Notes: generated by a model from the letters alone, not told the origin. DNA of 64,000 bases from Promethearchaeota archaeon (GCA_019058445.1 JAHPZA010000010.1:544001-608000); one strand, 5' to 3'; positions 49,491 to 60,822 are shown, numbered from the stretch's first letter. A program made the numbers and translations.

Positions 49491-49922
49491 AGTATAAACT
49501 ATATTAGTTTGTATTAAAATATTGTCATATTTGATCTTTTTTTATAAAGCTAAATAACCAAAAAACTTCTATATAATTGATCATATTAGTATAATTCTAA
49601 GTGTTAAAATAATGATTTTGGCAAGATTGGCTTAAATTTCTATTTTAATTGTTATTGAAAGGAAATTTTACCCTACATGAGAGAAGAATAAATTTTCAAA
49701 AAAGTATATAAATAAACTAATAAAAATAATAAAGGAGAAATTTAGAGTCTCACTTACTATCAACAAAGCAGAGAATTAAACTCCAACATCACTTCTGAAA
49801 AAAATTTTTTTAGGGGAAGGAGTGATAGAATCGGTATGCAAGAATAAAGATGCGTTTAATTTTTAAACTTTTGAAAAAATTTGTGGTGAAATCTGATATT
49901 GGATGAGTAGGGTAATTATTCC

Positions 49923-51341
49923 CTACTTTTTATTATTTTCTTCTTCTAACATATCATAATAGTTGGTTAAAAAATAGTAATTTGATAATCTCGTATTGAG
50001 AATTGAATCTATTTGAACAAATTCATTTGGAGCATGAGCAAACCCCCCAATGCCTAATCCTCCAACAATAAAATTCAATCCTAATTCTTTTTGAATTTTA
50101 CTCAATGGTGCTGCCGCTGCACTTAAAGGCCAAACTTCTGTGTGAACATTAAGAAGATCAAAGCTTTTTATTAAACTTTTCACTAAAAATGAATCTTTAT
50201 TAACTCTGGATCCCTCATAACCGAGATTTTTCGTCAACTCAATATGCGCTTTAGATTGCTGAGTAAAATTTTCTATTTTTTCTTCGATTTCTTTAAGAAT
50301 TTTTTCAGTTGAGATGTTATGAGCAAATCTAATATCAATATTACATAGAGCCTGATTGGCAACCATATTTTTTGTTCCCTTCTCTAGAAAGCCAGATTTG
50401 AGGGTTGAAATATTAAAAGTTGGTTTAAATAAATAATTGATAAACGCTTTTTTCGGGTCATCCTCAATTGTTTCAATTATACCTGCTTTTTTTTTAATTT
50501 GTTCAATATTTAATTGTTTTATCAAATTAATTATGATATCTTGTTCTTCCGTTGTTAATTTATAGGGTTCTTTCAAACAATTGAGCTGAAATTCATTATT
50601 AGAATATAATGTACTAAGAAGTGAAATTAATTCTGTAGCTGGATTTGGAATCATTGCACTAAATGCGGAGTGTGTTTCTTTATTTTTTGTAAAAATTTTA
50701 AGTGTCAGTGAAACGATCCCTTTATAACCTAATTTTAGAACGGAAGTTCCACTAATATCTTGTTTAATTGAGGGATAAAACGCATTGCCACATAACTTAA
50801 GAGGTTTTTTTTGAGTTTCCAGAAAATTTATTAAAGTGGGAGAGCCGATTTCTTCCTCTCCATCAAATAAAAGATATAAAGATAAAGGGAGGGAATTATA
50901 TTCTTTCATTAGGTTTACAATATTTAAAAAGCACATTAAGGGTGTTTTTGAATTGTATGCGCCTCTTGCAATAATACATTTTCCAAGGGAATCTAATGGG
51001 GGTAAAAGCGTCTTTTCTTCAGCTTCAAAAGGATCACTTATCCATAACTCATTTTTATTAACCGGTTGAGTATCATACATCATATAAATGAGTAATGACT
51101 CCTTAGAAACTCCTTTAATCGTAGCCAAGAGTAAAGGGTTTATTTCCCCCTTAATTTCTTTAAGTTCATCACAAAATCCTGAAAGATATGATTTAATAAA
51201 GTCTACAGCTGTTTCAATTCCTTCTTTATTAAGGGTATTGCTTGGAATCCTTAAAAAGGGTTTCAACTCATTCTCAATGAATTCTGCATTTGTCTGTTTA
51301 ATGATATCCTTCATGTTAGATATTGAATTTTCATGAGACAT
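49923..51341 (-). CDS. M20/M25/M40 metallopeptidase (dipeptidase-like) with variant metal ligands
   Basis: YMMYDTQP, RGAYNSK, DGEEEIGS, AHAPNE. Confidence 0.85.
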   Translation of the reverse strand: MSHENSISNMKDIIKQTNAEFIENELKPFLRIPSNTLNKEGIETAVDFIKSYLSGFCDELKEIKGEINPLLLATIKGVSKESLLIYMMYDTQPVNKNELWISDPFEAEEKTLLPPLDSLGKCIIARGAYNSKTPLMCFLNIVNLMKEYNSLPLSLYLLFDGEEEIGSPTLINFLETQKKPLKLCGNAFYPSIKQDISGTSVLKLGYKGIVSLTLKIFTKNKETHSAFSAMIPNPATELISLLSTLYSNNEFQLNCLKEPYKLTTEEQDIIINLIKQLNIEQIKKKAGIIETIEDDPKKAFINYLFKPTFNISTLKSGFLEKGTKNMVANQALCNIDIRFAHNISTEKILKEIEEKIENFTQQSKAHIELTKNLGYEGSRVNKDSFLVKSLIKSFDLLNVHTEVWPLSAAAAPLSKIQKELGLNFIVGGLGIGGFAHAPNEFVQIDSILNTRLSNYYFLTNYYDMLEEENNKK

Positions 51342-51412
51342 ATATAGATATAATAGTTAAATTGAATTAATTAATTATCATAATTATCCTAAATTATCAT
51401 ATTATAACAAAA

Positions 51413-51805
51413 ATGAATCAGGAATCATCTTCAAGTTCTAGAAATCCGGGCCAAATAAATGAAATATTGAATGAAATCAAATTAGAAGGCAACCTTAAAG
51501 GAGTAGTACTTGCAAACCGTAATGGAGATCTTATAGCAGAAAATATTGCATTAGATAATTTTGATGGTACAACCTTTGCTGCGATGTGTGCTTCTGTTTT
51601 AGAGAGTGCGGATGGGCTGAGAAAAAACTTAGGGTCTAAAAAAGTTTTTAAAATTATTACAGAATTAGAAAGCGGTAAAATAATAATAATCATTGAACTG
51701 GATAAAAAGAGATTCTATTCTTTTATATTGGGCAAGGAATCTAAGATGGATTCTATATTAAATAATCTAGACCAATATAATCAAAAATTATCTGAAGCCT
51801 GTTAA
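51413..51805 (+). CDS. Roadblock/LC7 domain protein
   Basis: GVVLANRNGDLIA...TFAAMCASVLESA. Confidence 0.85.
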   Translation: MNQESSSSSRNPGQINEILNEIKLEGNLKGVVLANRNGDLIAENIALDNFDGTTFAAMCASVLESADGLRKNLGSKKVFKIITELESGKIIIIIELDKKRFYSFILGKESKMDSILNNLDQYNQKLSEAC

Positions 51806-51826
51806 AGATCAAAAAAAAAGAGGAAT

Positions 51827-53095
51827 TTATTGAGATTTATCAATATATTTTAGATATTCTAAGCAGATATGCAAGACTTGTCCTAACGCTTCTTTTTCAA
51901 CAACTTCTGGTGTGTCTAATCTTGTATGATAAGAAGGAGCTAATTCTTCTTTTAAATTAAGACCTCCAATTGAGGTAGCAGAAATATTTTCTTTGCTAAA
52001 AGCTGCTCCATCTGTTGCACCAAAGGGAAGTGCAGATATTTTTATTCCAATATTCAAATTATTTGCAATTTTGAATAAACGTTCATAGATGTCCGGATCG
52101 TGGTTTGCTCCAATTCCAGATTCCTTATTATGAATAATTAACTGATCTTTTTTGGATATACCATCCATATTTACAACTTTAGTTTGAGCTTCTACTAATT
52201 CATTATAATGTGCTTCTACATATCGTTTAGCACCTCTAAGTCCAGACTCTTCTCCGGCAAAAGAAATTAGATAAATTTTTGTATGAGTCGGATACACTTC
52301 CTTATTACTTTTATTTTCAGCTAAGTATTTTCCAATACCTAAAACTACTGATACTCCTGATAAATTGTCCATTGCTCCTGGAACTGGTTTATAACTATGA
52401 AAAAACATATAAATTATTATAATTGGGACAAATACTAAAAAGATAATTCCAAACACAATAAAAAGAATTACAAATTCAATTGAAAGGAGGTAGAAGATAA
52501 GTTTTAATAAAATCCCAATTAGAACTATCCCAACTCCTAAATATCCTAGATTAATAATAATTTGTCCAAATCGTTTCAAGTAATAAAAAGTATTGAACTC
52601 AAAAGCAGAATCATGATGCGCCGAGAAGATAAGAGTATTTTTTACGTCACTTGAAGGATTTAAAGTTCCAATTATATTTTTTGACATCTTTTTTGGGAAT
52701 AGAAAATCAAATACTTCATGATATTTCATTACTTCTAAGATAAAATAGCTTACTGTAATTAAGATCAGAATAATTGCTATTAGTAAGAAAATTAGGCTGA
52801 AGAAGGCCTCTACTTGGATCATTTTAAGGTCAATCAATAGCGTAATCCAATAAAATATAATTGCAACAAATACAAGAAAGGATCCAAATCTTATACCCCC
52901 TAGAAATGCATGTGGACTACTTATATATTCTTCTTGATGTGTTTCATCGCAGAATTTTTTTAATTCTTCTTCAATTCGATTACCGCACTGTATTTCTTGG
53001 TCTGTTCCAGATTCTCGTGGCCCTATCTCATTGCATATCTCTTCAATAAATTTATGCATATAACTTTCTAAGTTCTTATCAACCATTATGCCCAT
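51827..53095 (-). CDS. Membrane-inserted M28 peptidase
   Basis: GPRESG, AHHDS, GAMDNLSG, GEESG, TDG, YHT; four internal TMs. Confidence 0.88.
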   Translation of the reverse strand: MGIMVDKNLESYMHKFIEEICNEIGPRESGTDQEIQCGNRIEEELKKFCDETHQEEYISSPHAFLGGIRFGSFLVFVAIIFYWITLLIDLKMIQVEAFFSLIFLLIAIILILITVSYFILEVMKYHEVFDFLFPKKMSKNIIGTLNPSSDVKNTLIFSAHHDSAFEFNTFYYLKRFGQIIINLGYLGVGIVLIGILLKLIFYLLSIEFVILFIVFGIIFLVFVPIIIIYMFFHSYKPVPGAMDNLSGVSVVLGIGKYLAENKSNKEVYPTHTKIYLISFAGEESGLRGAKRYVEAHYNELVEAQTKVVNMDGISKKDQLIIHNKESGIGANHDPDIYERLFKIANNLNIGIKISALPFGATDGAAFSKENISATSIGGLNLKEELAPSYHTRLDTPEVVEKEALGQVLHICLEYLKYIDKSQ

Positions 53096-53250
53096 TTTTG
53101 TTTTTTAGATTTTACAAATTTAGTGTTATTTGAGCAAAATCTGGGATACCATAATAATTCTTTTAATGGTTAAAATTGCTCTTAGATGGTCTAATAGAGA
53201 TAGGTTTAATGAGAAAATAAAAAAAAATTTAAAAAATAATAGTTACATAA

Positions 53251-54447
53251 TTATTTCTGGCTATCGACTAATTCTACAAAATGCAGGGCGATTTTCGTAG
53301 CTTTTGCAATAGATTCTCCTGAAAGATTTTCTGGAATATCGTTTACCGTATGCCAATCAGTCGGGGTTCCCTTCTTTGAAATACCAAACATAGTTGCGGC
53401 ATGAAGCCCTTTTCGTGAGAAATTTGCTGCGTCACTACCAGCAAATTTTAAAGGACCAATTTCGACTGGAACTTCTAAGTCGTCCGCTGCTTTTTTAGCT
53501 ATTTGGATCACTTTAGTTGAATGTTTTGCTAAAAACATTGTTTCTGCTGTAGCTAATAAAAAAGAATCTGCACTTAGACACTCCAAATTAAACAACATAG
53601 CTTCGCGATCACTAAGTTCTTGTTTATATTTTGATACAAATCGTTTTGACCCTCTCATATGCTCTTCGCCGGCAAAACTTACAATCCATAATTCCGTTTC
53701 TTTTAGTTTGTTATTGGCAAAATACTTACCACATTCAAGTGCAGCTGCCACAGCTGTTAAATTATCGTTAGCACCCATAACAACTGTATTTGAACGTAAA
53801 AATTTTGCTAAAATTAGTATTAATACACTTCCAATCGCAAATAGTATATATTGAAAGAGATCTATTGACAAAAGCATGCTCTGGGAAAATCCAATAATAA
53901 CAAAGACAGTTTTAACTATTCCCAATATGATATTCAATAAAGCAATAATCAAAACCAGAATTATTAAAATCGCAGATTTGCTACCAAGCTTACTCAATAT
54001 GGGGAATGTGTAAGCTGAATCATGATGACCTGCCAGTAAAACTAAATTTTTGGGAGTTGTTTGGGGTTTAATTTTTCCAATAACATGAAATGACTTTTTT
54101 TTTGGAAAAAGAAAATCAACTACTTCCATTAACAGAATTTGTTGGATAAAAAAGATAGCAATTCCTAAAAATATTAAAACACTCGAAAGAAGAGGAATAA
54201 AAAAGTAGCTTATTACCCCTAAAATATATAATACTGCGGTTACCCAGATCCAATCTAAAAATCCTCCAGGGTGGCATTCAAACTCAAGTCTTTCTACACC
54301 ATCACAAAATGTAGCCATTGTGTCAAAAATAATGTTTCCTGCTTTACTTTCAGCTTCAGAACCTCCTATTCTTGGACCTGCTTCATCACAAATCATTTGA
54401 ATGAACTTCAACATGTCTTTTCCTGATGGATCAATCTTTTCTACCAT
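53251..54447 (-). CDS. Membrane-inserted M28 peptidase (tandem paralog)
   Basis: GPRIGG, GHHDS, GANDNL, GEEH, GSD, WHT; four internal TMs. Confidence 0.88.
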   Translation of the reverse strand: MVEKIDPSGKDMLKFIQMICDEAGPRIGGSEAESKAGNIIFDTMATFCDGVERLEFECHPGGFLDWIWVTAVLYILGVISYFFIPLLSSVLIFLGIAIFFIQQILLMEVVDFLFPKKKSFHVIGKIKPQTTPKNLVLLAGHHDSAYTFPILSKLGSKSAILIILVLIIALLNIILGIVKTVFVIIGFSQSMLLSIDLFQYILFAIGSVLILILAKFLRSNTVVMGANDNLTAVAAALECGKYFANNKLKETELWIVSFAGEEHMRGSKRFVSKYKQELSDREAMLFNLECLSADSFLLATAETMFLAKHSTKVIQIAKKAADDLEVPVEIGPLKFAGSDAANFSRKGLHAATMFGISKKGTPTDWHTVNDIPENLSGESIAKATKIALHFVELVDSQK

Positions 54448-54550
54448 ATTCTTTATCTCATTTTATAATATTATTTTTAATAAAATTATAATTATGACAC
54501 ATTTTAGATTGTTATTGATGATAAAAAATCTTTTTTTTTTCTTTTTGAAT

Positions 54551-55990
54551 TTAACCATTATGTATAACTCTACGTTCAAGCAGATTATTAAGATAATTTT
54601 CTAACAATTCCTGGAGCACAGAATTATAAGAAGGTTCTTTTACAAGATTAGTTAATTCATTAGGATCTTCTTTTAGATCATATAACTCTGAAGGTCTGCG
54701 ATTATTGGATTTTACTGCCAATTTATAACGTTTGGTACGAACCATAGAAAACCCGTGAACTTCACTAAATATGGCATCTTTTCCTCTTTGAACATCATGT
54801 CCATTAGGGCCCTCCTCAATTTGAGGAATAAGAGTACGACCATCACTTTTATTTAAAGTTTTAGCTCCAGCGATATCGATGAGAGATGCTGCGATATCAA
54901 GGTGATCAGTTAGTATATTACATTTCCAGCCTTTAATACCTCCGGGAGGTCGGAAAATACATGGAATACGTAATGCTCCTTCATAGAAGACTATTTTATG
55001 ACTCATCATATGGTCACCAAGCATTTCCCCATGATCCGAATTATAAATTATCCATGTATTATCAAGTAAACCCTTTTCTTCCAAACTTTTCATAATTTTT
55101 CCAATATATTCATCAATTAAAGTGATTTTAGCATAGTAAAAAGTTTTAAGAAGCTGATTTTGGGCTGGTGTCATTCCTTTCAGTCCACTCCATTTAAGTA
55201 CCATTCTACTATTGGAAGGAATAGGTTTTTGTGGCCATTCTAAAATTCCTACCGGCATATCTTCAGGGTTATAGAGGGCTCTATATTTTGCTGGAGAATC
55301 AAATGGATCATGTGGTCCAGGAAATAATATTTGAAGATAAAATGGTTTTTTACTATTATAATTTTGGATCCATTCCACGGCTTTTCTCCCAGTATAGCTA
55401 TCTAGATGATCCTCAGCAGGTAACGGACATGGTGGTTCCTCCCAAGGCTTAGCTTGCCCCCGAGACCATTGAGTAAAATAATTAATCATGTATTTTCTAT
55501 GGGTTCTTAATAATCCCTTTTCTTTTAGATAATCAGTATAAGGTGAATCATTCACAATGGTTGCGATAGGTCCGGTCAACTCATGTGTATCTACAAAACC
55601 CCAATCTTCTAATATTCCGATTTTATCTTTAGTGTGTCGTGAATTTTGACGCCTTTCCCCCCTTTCTCCATGGACCCAAAGATGAGTTTTGCCAATAAGA
55701 GCCGTATGATATCCTGCATCACGAATATTGCGCACATGACTAGGTCCACAAGGATTCGCTTCAAGAAAATTCGTCCATACTCCGTGTTCATTGACATATT
55801 TTCCAGTCATCATGGATGCTCTGGCAGGCATACAAAGAGGAGAATTAGTACAACATCGAGTAAAATTAACTCCTTCAGAAGCTAATTTATCCAAATTTGG
55901 AGTTATAACTGCAGGATGTCCTACTGAACCTAAAGTGTCGCCGCGATGCTGATCTGAAAAAATATAAATGATATTTGGTTTTTCTGCCAT
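54551..55990 (-). CDS. Cys-type sulfatase (choline-sulfatase-like)
   Basis: KPNIIYIFSDQ, CMPARAS (CxPxR), GKTH, PHDP, SDHGE, LYDLKEDP. Confidence 0.93.
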   Translation of the reverse strand: MAEKPNIIYIFSDQHRGDTLGSVGHPAVITPNLDKLASEGVNFTRCCTNSPLCMPARASMMTGKYVNEHGVWTNFLEANPCGPSHVRNIRDAGYHTALIGKTHLWVHGERGERRQNSRHTKDKIGILEDWGFVDTHELTGPIATIVNDSPYTDYLKEKGLLRTHRKYMINYFTQWSRGQAKPWEEPPCPLPAEDHLDSYTGRKAVEWIQNYNSKKPFYLQILFPGPHDPFDSPAKYRALYNPEDMPVGILEWPQKPIPSNSRMVLKWSGLKGMTPAQNQLLKTFYYAKITLIDEYIGKIMKSLEEKGLLDNTWIIYNSDHGEMLGDHMMSHKIVFYEGALRIPCIFRPPGGIKGWKCNILTDHLDIAASLIDIAGAKTLNKSDGRTLIPQIEEGPNGHDVQRGKDAIFSEVHGFSMVRTKRYKLAVKSNNRRPSELYDLKEDPNELTNLVKEPSYNSVLQELLENYLNNLLERRVIHNG

Positions 55991-56207
55991 AATTTATCAA
56001 ACGTTGTACAATATTTTTTTGCACTAAGTAAATTAAAATTACAGTATATTTTGAATTAATGAATTAAGAAAGATAAAAAAGAATTTAGCACTCAAAGGGT
56101 TAAAAGAATCTCATGACATCTATTTATAATACAATCCAACTCTAAAATAATAGTAAACACATATACTGATTTTTAAAGTAGAAAAAATACGTAATATCTC
56201 ATTTTTA

Positions 56208-59132
56208 TCAAAAAGAGATTTCAAAAGAACAGATTTCAAATTTTCCAATTTCAAAGGTTAAAATACCGCTACTTTGATTCCAATCAAGATTATCTTCAAT
56301 TTTCCTTTCTAATAAATCAATCGCTTTAATTTTAGATATTTTATTTGAATAGTTTTCATTAAATTTCACTTTAACGTTTGAAGAAACTCCAGAAACTTCA
56401 ATAAATCTAGCAATGATAGTTTCATTTTTGTCCCATTCGTTCTTTTTTAATGCCCCTAAAAACACATTTGGAGTTAAGATTTCTAAAATTGGGTTACTTG
56501 AATTTATGTTACTCTTCTGGTTTTCATTTGTGTTTTTTCCAGGAATGATCATAACTGGTTTGTTAAATTCTTCGGCTTTTTTTTTAACACTTAAGTTAGG
56601 AGTTCCATCTGAATTTACTAATGCTCCTCCATGATGTGGGAATAGGGCATAACGGCATTTAAACGGTCCAAGACCACTATATTCGGGAACTTTATGGTTA
56701 AATAATCTTTCATTTTCAGTTCTTTCTAAATTTACCCATGCTTCTGGTGCGGGAAGGGGATATCGACAAGCACGCAACATGGTAAGCCTCATATCACCGC
56801 CATTTACATCAAAGGCATATTTACCCTCATTGAGTAATGCTAAACCCCATTTGTTATCAGGAGTACTAATATCAAAATACTTATGGCAGATTTTTTCATA
56901 ACGCGCCTTATCACATGGAATCTCTGGATTAGTTTTAAATTGAATGGCACAATACATGCCATCAGCAGTAGCAATTTCTGCGTTTACAGAAGTGCTATAT
57001 AATATCTTTAGCATAATATCTTTTTGTTTCCAATCTGTTATGTATTCTAAGAAAATTTCTTTACAATCCTTAAATAATGTTATTTTTTGGACAACGGGGC
57101 TAATACCTAATGTCCTAGAAATCTCTAAAGTGCAAAATATAGGGCCTACTTCAGAAATCATTATTTTAACATTTTTCTCATTTGAGAGATCTATTGGATG
57201 TTCCCAATATTGAGGAAATAAATTCCAGGCATGACGCGTAATATGTTCATTATCAAGATAACCAAATGTTAGATTTGAGAATTCACCTTTAAATAAGTTT
57301 CTTCCATTATTTATGCTCTTAGTGATTAGTTTGATGATAGCTCCGGTTTTTGGATTGAGTTCAATGGTAATATTCTGATTTGACATCGAGTGCTTCGAAA
57401 CGGTAAAAGGATTCTTAATCTCTAGTTCCTTGCTTGATGTATCGGATAAAATCGTTAATTTTGCCTTCGTTAAACTTAAAGGCTTCAACTTAATTATAGT
57501 CCACCATCCTGCAGGTATTTGGTCGATTGACTCTTTTTGTTCGGCAGCAATTGGTTGGCAAATATATTCATTAGATTCACCATTTAATATTTTTAATCTG
57601 GCATAATTTGGTTTGCCATCTTTGCTCCTTATGAGGTTTTCTTTAAAAACACTAATAGGAATAAAGACTTTTGATTTTCTTTCCCATGAAACCGGATTAA
57701 AAAGATAAATCTCCACAGTATTTTGGACACGTTCAGAAGGAGGATTTGCTACTAAATGTTCTCCAATATTATCTATTATACTTTCGATAATTTTTTCTTG
57801 CTCATTCCAATCATCCCACACCTCATCATATACCTCAGGAATAGAACTACCAGGTAAAACATCGTGAAATTGATTTTTAAGAGTTATTTTCCATAATGAT
57901 TCTAATTTATTTAATGGATATTTATATTTCGGATTTAGTAAGGATGTTAAAACCGAGAGACTTTCTAGGGAAACAATAATATTTTCATACTTTCGATTAA
58001 GTCTTTTTACTTCTGCATGATTTGAAAAACACCCTCTATGAGTTTCTAAATAAAGCTCATCATTCCAAACAGGAAAGTCTTTTGAGCATTTTTCAAGTTC
58101 TTCGAAAAACTCCTTTACTGTACTCCATTTAAACACAGGATGTTTGGCAAATTCATTAGCAGTTGCTACTTCTTTATGAGTAGGACCGTGTCCTCCATCA
58201 CTTAACCCCAAAAAACATCCTACATGTGGACAAATTTCATCTGATACATGGTCCTCTAATTTACTATAATCTTTAGTATAATCCCAAACTTTTCTTCCAT
58301 TTTTTGTAAGTAAATGTCTTCCAATTTGGTATTTTTCCCATGTTTCAAGGACTAGTAAAATTATTTGACAATAATCGAAATTCGAAGAAATTATTTGTGT
58401 TCCATCTGGTCCCTGCCACCAAAAGTTTACAAATGGAAAGACAGTGATTTGATTCCAAGTAAGCTTAGTTGTCCAGAAAAATTTCGCTCCAGATTTTACT
58501 AAAATCTGTGGTAATCCATAGTTGTAACCAAAAGAATCCAAGAACCATTCTACTGAAGGTAGTTTTCCAAAGTTATCTCGATAAAATCGCATACCATATA
58601 GCCGTTGTCTTATCATGGCTTCTCCAGAAGGCATCAGGCAATCGGGTTCAACATAAGATCCACCAACGAGTTCGATATTGCCCTTCTTAACTAATTCTTT
58701 AATTTGGTTAAATAACTCGGGATTATCTAGTTTAATCCATTCCAAAAGTAACGGTTCACTTAGGGCAAAATGAAAATCATCAGGGAACATTTTGGAGTGT
58801 AAAACTGCCTTAGCAAACGTCACTTGTGCTTTTTTTCTTGTTTGTTCAAATCTCCACATCCATGCACAATCAATATGGGATTGCCCTATTATATGAACTT
58901 GAATTTTATTAGGATCAGTGGTTTTTGAAATTTTACTTAAATAACGATTCAGCTTTTTATCTATTCTAATCTCCCTTTTTCCGCCAAGCCACTTTTCTAA
59001 AGTCTTTTCATTATCAAATTTAGGTTCTTCTAAGCCTGAGGTATCTAATCTTCTATTTCCTGAATAATGTCCAATTTTGTCGATAAAGTTATAGTCCATT
59101 TTCACCATTACTCCTAGATAATTTTTAGACAA
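56208..59132 (-). CDS. GH38 alpha-mannosidase
   Basis: SHIDCAWMW, WFLDSFG, DGGHGPT, ELYLETHRG, NQFHDVLPGS. Confidence 0.93.
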   Translation of the reverse strand: MSKNYLGVMVKMDYNFIDKIGHYSGNRRLDTSGLEEPKFDNEKTLEKWLGGKREIRIDKKLNRYLSKISKTTDPNKIQVHIIGQSHIDCAWMWRFEQTRKKAQVTFAKAVLHSKMFPDDFHFALSEPLLLEWIKLDNPELFNQIKELVKKGNIELVGGSYVEPDCLMPSGEAMIRQRLYGMRFYRDNFGKLPSVEWFLDSFGYNYGLPQILVKSGAKFFWTTKLTWNQITVFPFVNFWWQGPDGTQIISSNFDYCQIILLVLETWEKYQIGRHLLTKNGRKVWDYTKDYSKLEDHVSDEICPHVGCFLGLSDGGHGPTHKEVATANEFAKHPVFKWSTVKEFFEELEKCSKDFPVWNDELYLETHRGCFSNHAEVKRLNRKYENIIVSLESLSVLTSLLNPKYKYPLNKLESLWKITLKNQFHDVLPGSSIPEVYDEVWDDWNEQEKIIESIIDNIGEHLVANPPSERVQNTVEIYLFNPVSWERKSKVFIPISVFKENLIRSKDGKPNYARLKILNGESNEYICQPIAAEQKESIDQIPAGWWTIIKLKPLSLTKAKLTILSDTSSKELEIKNPFTVSKHSMSNQNITIELNPKTGAIIKLITKSINNGRNLFKGEFSNLTFGYLDNEHITRHAWNLFPQYWEHPIDLSNEKNVKIMISEVGPIFCTLEISRTLGISPVVQKITLFKDCKEIFLEYITDWKQKDIMLKILYSTSVNAEIATADGMYCAIQFKTNPEIPCDKARYEKICHKYFDISTPDNKWGLALLNEGKYAFDVNGGDMRLTMLRACRYPLPAPEAWVNLERTENERLFNHKVPEYSGLGPFKCRYALFPHHGGALVNSDGTPNLSVKKKAEEFNKPVMIIPGKNTNENQKSNINSSNPILEILTPNVFLGALKKNEWDKNETIIARFIEVSGVSSNVKVKFNENYSNKISKIKAIDLLERKIEDNLDWNQSSGILTFEIGKFEICSFEISF

Positions 59133-59332
59133 TAAATTGTTTCTTTTTATTATATTCTAAAAATTAAAATTAAGGAAATAAATTAAAAATTAAGCATTTA
59201 AGCATTTAATAAAAATCAATCTTTTAAAATGAAATAAGATTATACAATATCCTTATTAAAAATAAAGAGGATTGTTATAGAATATTGAAAAAGTGAAAAA
59301 TAAAATAACACCTTTAATTTATTAAAACTTGA

Positions 59333-60799
59333 ATGAGCATGTCGACTAAGGAAAAAATCATTAATCAGTTAAGAAAGGGATATTCCCCTATTGAGGCAGG
59401 TCCTAAGGAAAATATAAATAAAATTTATAAGAACTTTTTCAAGCCACGTGTCGATAAAAAGGATTTGGACTTTTTTTTCGAACTTTTTGATACTAATGAA
59501 TCAATTTTGAGAGCATGGGGTTTTTTGGGTATTCAAAACATACTAAAAGATTCGATCGTTTACGATGACGAAAAAAAAATGAAAGTTAAGAACGCTATTA
59601 TAGACTTGTTGAATGATAGAAGTGAAATTGATTATTTTGGGGGCTCAACTGAAATTCATACACCATTAAGAGAACATCATGTAAGAAGACTTTGTGAATT
59701 AGACCCCACTTTAATTTTTGAGCCTGTGTATGAGTATGTTCAATCGACAAAAGGTAAAATGGATGTCGTTATTGGAGATTTGCTGGAAAGAGTATTAGCA
59801 AAGGTTCCAAACTCACGAGTAGAGTCCTTGCTTTTAGAACAAACTAAAAATATAGATCGGAAAGATTTTGCATTAAAATCTACTATAATTAACGCTTTTG
59901 AAAATCTAGGTGAAACTCAACCAATTAAAAATAAGGAGGCAGTATTAACCATAATTAAAACCTACTTAAAAGATATTGAAGAAGAAATATTACAAGAAGG
60001 GAACAGCGAAGAAAAGAGAAAATTAGAAAAACTTCGGGAGAATTTTTTTAAAGTTGCTGCTGTATTAGACCTTAATTTAGAAAAAGAAACATTAGAGTTT
60101 TTAGATACTTTAACTCATCCTTATGCAGATCTGCCTATAATCGTTACTAAGTATAAAAATAATGATAAAATTAAATCAATCCTTTTAAATAAATTAAGCA
60201 ATACAAAAAATCCTAATTTTGTTAAAGATATTCTCTTATCAATTCTCGTCATAAAAGAAAAGATTGAGAATTGGAAAGATCTCGTTATAGATAGCATAAA
60301 TAAATATCAAATTATTGATGGGGATCTGATTGTAGAGATGGAAAAGGTTGATATCTATAATGAGGATATGTTAATTGAGTTCTTGAATAAAGGAGATAAA
60401 TGGCAGCTTGAATTTATTAGGGAATTTCTTGTGAATAATCCAGAAAAGCTTGATAATTGGTCAAAATTTCGTAATGAATTTATTTCTGTGCTAAAAACAT
60501 TTAAGGACCCTGAAGAAAGTTGGAGTATATATCCTAACCTCAAAGAGAAAAAGGAATTAGCCTTAAAAGTTCTTATTGATTTAGAGAAAAGAGATTTGAT
60601 TGAATATAGCCTCGAAAACTTTAAAAATCTAGAGGATGACAAATTAAGAAAACTCGCTTTATTTACGATTATAAAATTTGGTAAAGATGATGTCTTACTC
60701 CAATTGAAAAAATATTTAGAAACTGATAAAGAATCCTCTGATTTTTTTAAAAAGTTTTGGAGAAGTTTAGAAATCCGCGATATGCAATTCTACTATTAA
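59333..60799 (+). CDS. Hypothetical alpha-solenoid (HEAT-like) protein
   Basis: 488-codon helical ORF with HEAT-like segments (NESILRAWG, DDKLRKLALFTI). Confidence 0.6.
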   Translation: MSMSTKEKIINQLRKGYSPIEAGPKENINKIYKNFFKPRVDKKDLDFFFELFDTNESILRAWGFLGIQNILKDSIVYDDEKKMKVKNAIIDLLNDRSEIDYFGGSTEIHTPLREHHVRRLCELDPTLIFEPVYEYVQSTKGKMDVVIGDLLERVLAKVPNSRVESLLLEQTKNIDRKDFALKSTIINAFENLGETQPIKNKEAVLTIIKTYLKDIEEEILQEGNSEEKRKLEKLRENFFKVAAVLDLNLEKETLEFLDTLTHPYADLPIIVTKYKNNDKIKSILLNKLSNTKNPNFVKDILLSILVIKEKIENWKDLVIDSINKYQIIDGDLIVEMEKVDIYNEDMLIEFLNKGDKWQLEFIREFLVNNPEKLDNWSKFRNEFISVLKTFKDPEESWSIYPNLKEKKELALKVLIDLEKRDLIEYSLENFKNLEDDKLRKLALFTIIKFGKDDVLLQLKKYLETDKESSDFFKKFWRSLEIRDMQFYY

Positions 60800-60822
60800 A
60801 GCCAGATATTTTTTCTTAATTA

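Noticed and set aside
991-60642. Many 60-125 aa ORFs nested in or antisense to long genes (e.g. 2690, 2975, 3482, 5060, 8187, 24420, 26635, 31939, 42632, 60355)
   Set aside because: They overlap well-supported genes and have shadow-like composition without motifs.
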